A stretch of DNA of 63,998 nt, the filler included, from Nemertoderma westbladi (lineage: Eukaryota; Animalia; Xenacoelomorpha), in the NCBI GenBank assembly GCA_032718475.1. It is 3 parts of 3 records of this genome, joined end to end, with 100 filler letters (N's around TTAATTAATTAA, not from the genome) between each part and the next. Parts side by side here need not be neighbours in the genome. Positions count along the whole stretch, not along the records: positions 38,670 to 63,998 come from JAUCBJ010001694.1; 2 more parts are not named here. The stretch is one strand, 5' to 3'. Positions 59,001 to 63,998 of the stretch are shown piece by piece (positions within the stretch are counted from its first letter, which is position 1; each line of letters starts with the position of its first letter). The notes beneath the pieces are model-generated. The model did not search any database and was not told where the DNA came from. It worked only from the letters and a program-made list of their open reading frames with translations. Position numbers and translations under genes: made by a program.

Positions 59001-62000
59001 TAACCTATCTAGTACTGGACCTGGTGAACCGTACTGGGTGGGCGACGGTAACCTATCTAGTACGGGACCTGGTGAACCGTACTGGGTGGGCGACGGTAAC
59101 CTATCTAGTACAGGACCTGGTGAACCGTATTGGGTGGGCGACGGTAACCTATCTAGTACGGGACCTGGTGAACCGTACTGGGTGGGCGGCGGTAACCTAT
59201 CTAGTACAGGACCACCTGGTGAACCGTACTGGGTGGGCGACGGTAACCTATCTAGTACAGGACCTGGTGAACCGTACTGGGTGGGCGGCTGTAACCTATC
59301 TAGTACAGGACCTGGTGAACCGTACTGGGTGGGCGACGGTAACCTATCTAGTACAGGACCTGGTGAACCGTATTGGGTGGGCGACGGTAACCTATCTAGT
59401 ACAGGACCTCTGGTGAACCGTACTGGGTGGGCGACGGTAACCTATCTAGTACAGGACCTGGTGAACCGTACTGGGTGGGCGACGGTAACCTATCTAGTAC
59501 AGGACCTGGTGAACCGTACTGGGTGGGCGACGGTAACCTATCTAGTACAGGACCTGGTGAACCGTACTGGGTGGGCGACGGTAACCTATCTAGTACAGGA
59601 CCTGGTGAACCGTACTGGGTGGGCGACGGTAACCTATCTAGTACAGGACCTGGTGAACCGTATTGGGTGGGCGACGGTAACCTATCTAGTACAGGACCAC
59701 TGGTGAACCGTACTGGGTGGGCGACGGTAACCTATCTAGTACAGGACCTGGTGAACCGTATTGGGTGGGCGACGGTAACCTATCTAGTACAGGACCTGGT
59801 GAACCGTACTGGGTGGGCGACGGTAACCTATCTAGTACAGGACCTGGTGAACCGTATTGGGTGGGCGACGGTAACCTATCTAGTACAGGACCTGGTGAAC
59901 CGTACTGGGTGGGCGACGGTAACCTATCTAGTACAGGACCTGGTGAACCGTACTGGGTGGGCGACGGTAACCTATCTAGTACAGGACCTGGTGAACCGTA
60001 CTGGGTGGGCGACGGTAACCTATCTAGTACAGGACCTGGTGAACCGTACTGGGTGGGCGACGGTAACCTATCTAGTACAGGACCTGGTGAACCGTATTGG
60101 GTGGGCGACGGTAACCTATCTAGTACAGGACCTGGTGAACCGTACTGGGTGGGCGACGGTAACCTATCTAGTACAGGACCTGGTGAACCGTACTGGGTGG
60201 GCGACGGTAACCTATCTAGTACAGGACCTGGTGAACCGTACTGGGTGGGCGACGGTAACCTATCTAGTACAGGACCTGGTGAACCGTACTGGGTGGGCGA
60301 CGGTAACCTATCTAGTACAGGACCTGGTGAACCGTACTGGGTGGGCGACGGTAACCTATCTAGTACAGGACCTGGTGAACCGTACTGGGTGGGCGACGGT
60401 AACCTATCTAGTACAGGACCTGGTGAACCGTACTGGGTGGGCGACGGTAACCTATCTAGTACAGGACCTGGTGAACCGTACTGGGTGGGCGACGGTAACC
60501 TATCTAGTACAGGACCTGGTGAACCGTACTGGGTGGGCGACGGTAACCTATCTAGTACAGGACCTGGTGAACCGTACTGGGTGGGCGACGGTAACCTATC
60601 TAGTACAGGACCTGGTGAACCGTATTGGGTGGGCGACGGTAACCTATCTAGTACAGGACCTGGTGAACCGTACTGGGTGGGCGACGGTAACCTATCTAGT
60701 ACAGGACCTGGTGAACCGTACTGGGTGGGCGACGGTAACCTATCTAGTACAGGACCTGGTGAACCGTATTGGGTGGGCGACGGTAACCTATCTAGTACAG
60801 GACCTGGTGAACCGTACTGGGTGGGCGACGGTAACCTATCTAGTACAGGACCTGGTGAACCGTACTGGGTGGGCGACGGTAACCTATCTAGTACAGGACC
60901 TGGTGAACCGTACTGGGTGGGCGACGGTAACCTATCTAGTACAGGACCTGGTGAACCGTACTGGGTGGGCGACGGTAACCTATCTAGTACAGGACCTGGT
61001 GAACCGTACTGGGTGGGCGACGGTAACCTATCTAGTACAGGACCTGGTGAACCGTACTGGGTGGGCGACGGTAACCTATCTAGTACAGGACCTGGTGAAC
61101 CGTACTGGGTGGGCGACGGTAACCTATCTAGTACAGGACCTGGTGAACCGTACTGGGTGGGCGACGGTAACCTATCTAGTACAGGACCTGGTGAACCGTA
61201 CTGGGTGGGCGACGGTAACCTATCTAGTACAGGACCTGGTGAACCGTATTGGGTGGGCGACGGTAACCTATCTAGTACAGGACCTGGTGAACCGTACTGG
61301 GTGGGCGACGGTAACCTATCTAGTACAGGACCTGGTGAACCGTACTGGGTGGGCGACGGTAACCTATCTAGTACAGGACCTGGTGAACCGTACTGGGTGG
61401 GCGACGGTAACCTATCTAGTACAGGACCTGGTGAACCGTACTGGGTGGGCGACGGTAACCTATCTAGTACAGGACCTGGTGAACCGTACTGGGTGGGCGA
61501 CGGTAACCTATCTAGTACAGGACCTGGTGAACCGTACTGGGTGGGCGACGGTAACCTATCTAGTACAGGACCTGGTGAACCGTACTGGGTGGGCGACGGT
61601 AACCTATCTAGTACAGGACCTGGTGAACCGTACTGGGTGGGCGACGGTAACCTATCTAGTACAGGACCTGGTGAACCGTACTGGGTGGGCGACGGTAACC
61701 TATCTAGTACAGGACCTGGTGAACCGTACTGGGTGGGCGACGGTAACCTATCTAGTACAGGACCTGGTGAACCGTACTGGGTGGGCGACGGTAACCTATC
61801 TAGTACAGGACCTGGTGAACCGTACTGGGTGGGCGACGGTAACCTATCTAGTACAGGACCTGGTGAACCGTACTGGGTGGGCGACGGTAACCTATCTAGT
61901 ACAGGACCTGGTGAACCGTACTGGGTGGGCGACGGTAACCTATCTAGTACAGGACCTGGTGAACCGTACTGGGTGGGCGACGGTAACCTATCTAGTACAG

Positions 62001-63678
62001 GACCTGGTGAACCGTACTGGGTGGGCGACGGTAACCTATCTAGTACAGGACCTGGTGAACCGTACTGGGTGGGCGACGGTAACCTATCTAGTACAGGACC
62101 TGGTGAACCGTACTGGGTGGGCGACGGTAACCTATCTAGTACAGGACCTGGTGAACCGTACTGGGTGGGCGACGGTAACCTATCTAGTACAGGACCTGGT
62201 GAACCGTACTGGGTGGGCGACGGTAACCTATCTAGTACAGGACCTGGTGAACCGTATTGGGTGGGCGACGGTAACCTATCTAGTACAGGACCTGGTGAAC
62301 CGTACTGGGTGGGCGGCGGTAACCTATCTAGTACAGGACCACCTGGTGAACCGTACTGGGTGGGCGACGGTAACCTATCTAGTACAGGACCTGGTGAACC
62401 GTACTGGGTGGGCGACGGTAACCTATCTAGTACAGGACCTGGTGAACCGTACTGGGTGGGCGACGGTAACCTATCTAGTACAGGACCTGGTGAACCGTAT
62501 TGGGTGGGCGACGGTAACCTATCTAGTACAGGACCACTGGTGAACCGTACTGGGTGGGCGACGGTAACCTATCTAGTACAGGACCTGGTGAACCGTACTG
62601 GGTGGGCGACGGTAACCTATCTAGTACAGGACCTGGTGAACCGTACTGGGTGGGCGACGGTAACCTATCTAGTACAGGACCTGGTGAACCGTACTGGGTG
62701 GGCGACGGTAACCTATCTAGTACAGGACCTGGTGAACCGTACTGGGTGGGCGACGGTAACCTATCTAGTACAGGACCTGGTGAACCGTATTGGGTGGGCG
62801 ACGGTAACCTATCTAGTACAGGACCATCTGGTGAACCGTACTGGGTGGGCGACGGTAACCTATCTAGTACAGGACCTGGTGAACCGTATTGGGTGGGCGA
62901 CGGTAACCTATCTAGTACAGGACCTGGTGAACCGTATTGGGTGGGCGACGGTAACCTATCTAGTACAGGACCTGGTGAACCGTACTGGGTGGGCGACGGT
63001 AACCTATCTAGTACAGGACCTGGTGAACCGTACTGGGTGGGCGACGGTAACCTATCTAGTACAGGACCTGGTGAACCGTACTGGGTGGGCGACGGTAACC
63101 TATCTAGTACAGGACCTGGTGAACCGTACTGGGTGGGCGACGGTAACCTATCTAGTACAGGACCCTGGTGAACCGTACTGGGTGGGCGACGGTAACCTAT
63201 CTAGTACAGGACCTGGTGAACCGTATTGGGTGGGCGACGGTAACCTATCTAGTACAGGACCTGGTGAACCGTATTGGGTGGGCGACGGTAACCTATCTAG
63301 TACAGGACCTGGTGAACCGTACTGGGTGGGCGACGGTAACCTATCTAGTACAGGACCTGGTGAACCGTACTGGGTGGGCGACGGTAACCTATCTAGTACA
63401 GGACCACCTGGTGAACCGTACTGGGTGGGCGACGGTAACCTATCTAGTACTGGACCTGGTGAACCGTACTGGGTGGGCGACGGTAACCTATCTAGTACAG
63501 GACCCTGGTGAACCGTACTGGGTGGGCGACGGTAACCTATCTAGTACAGGACCACCTGGTGAACCGTACTGGGTGGGCGACGGTAACCTATCTAGTACTG
63601 GACCTGGTGAACCGTACTGGGTGGGCGACGGTAACCTATCTAGTACTGGACCCGGTGAACCGTACTGGGTGGGCGACG
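56064..63678. repeat. 48-bp tandem satellite, about 158 copies
   Basis: Unit GGACCTGGTGAACCGTACTGGGTGGGCGACGGTAACCTATCTAGTACA; sporadic substitutions and 1-5-bp insertions. Confidence 0.99.
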
Positions 63679-63708
63679 TACACAAACTTGCAGTGTTTCT
63701 ATACGAAG

Positions 63709-63998
63709 GCCCCACTCGTGTTGCTTCAATGTGTGTGCTCTACACCACCTGTCTGCCCCACTCGTGTTGCTTCAGTGTGTGTGCTCTACACCACCTGTCT
63801 GCCCCACTCGTGTTGCTTCAGTGTGTGCCTCTACACCACCTGTCTGCCCCACTCGTGTTGCTTCAGTGTGTGTGCTCTACACCACCTGTCTGACCCCACT
63901 CGTGTTGCTTCAGTGTGTGTGCTCTACACCACCTGTCTGCCCCACTCGTGTTGCTTCAGTGTGTGTGCTCTACACCACCTGTCTGCCCCACTCGTGTT
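63709..63998. repeat. 44-46-bp tandem repeat running to the window end
   Basis: Unit GCCCCACTCGTGTTGCTTCAGTGTGTGTGCTCTACACCACCTGTCT, at least 6 copies. Confidence 0.95.

Noticed and set aside
56138-63893. 1000+ aa ORFs as genuine CDS features
   Set aside because: They start at non-ATG codons inside the array and switch frames at indels; a 48-bp stop-free unit explains them.

Overview
Eukaryotic, animal-type (probably invertebrate) genomic DNA dominated by transposable elements and tandem repeats; no prokaryotic features. Two artificial 100-bp spacers (N44-TTAATTAATTAA-N44 at 20248-20347 and 38570-38669) join three segments that may be unlinked. Segment 1 has a young, nearly complete CsRn1/Kabuki-type Ty3/Gypsy element (190-bp LTR, tRNA-Trp-like PBS, -1 frameshift signal, 8-bp footprint in gag), Mutator-like MITEs, a 68-bp satellite, a decayed RTE LINE, tRNA-derived SINEs, a CRE-like relic and a 4-TM host gene. 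Segment 2 has a nested stack (GalEa-like Copia inside BEL/Pao, next to an RTE tail inside a piggyBac-like minisatellite MITE), a second LINE and a second gag-like ORF. Segment 3 has a Helitron end carrying a LINE ORF1 fragment, Harbinger, hAT and 8-bp-TSD MITEs, an intronless p22phox (CYBA) homologue, a C2H2 zinc-finger gene and a 7.6-kb 48-bp satellite. The two most novel-looking signals are (i) one ~60-68-bp core shared by at least four TIR elements with unrelated termini and amplified into a satellite in one of them, and (ii) an array of covarying RNA hairpins (UUCG and GAAA tetraloops, putative kink-turn) in the putative BEL LTR. All family assignments come from motif recognition; no database search was run.
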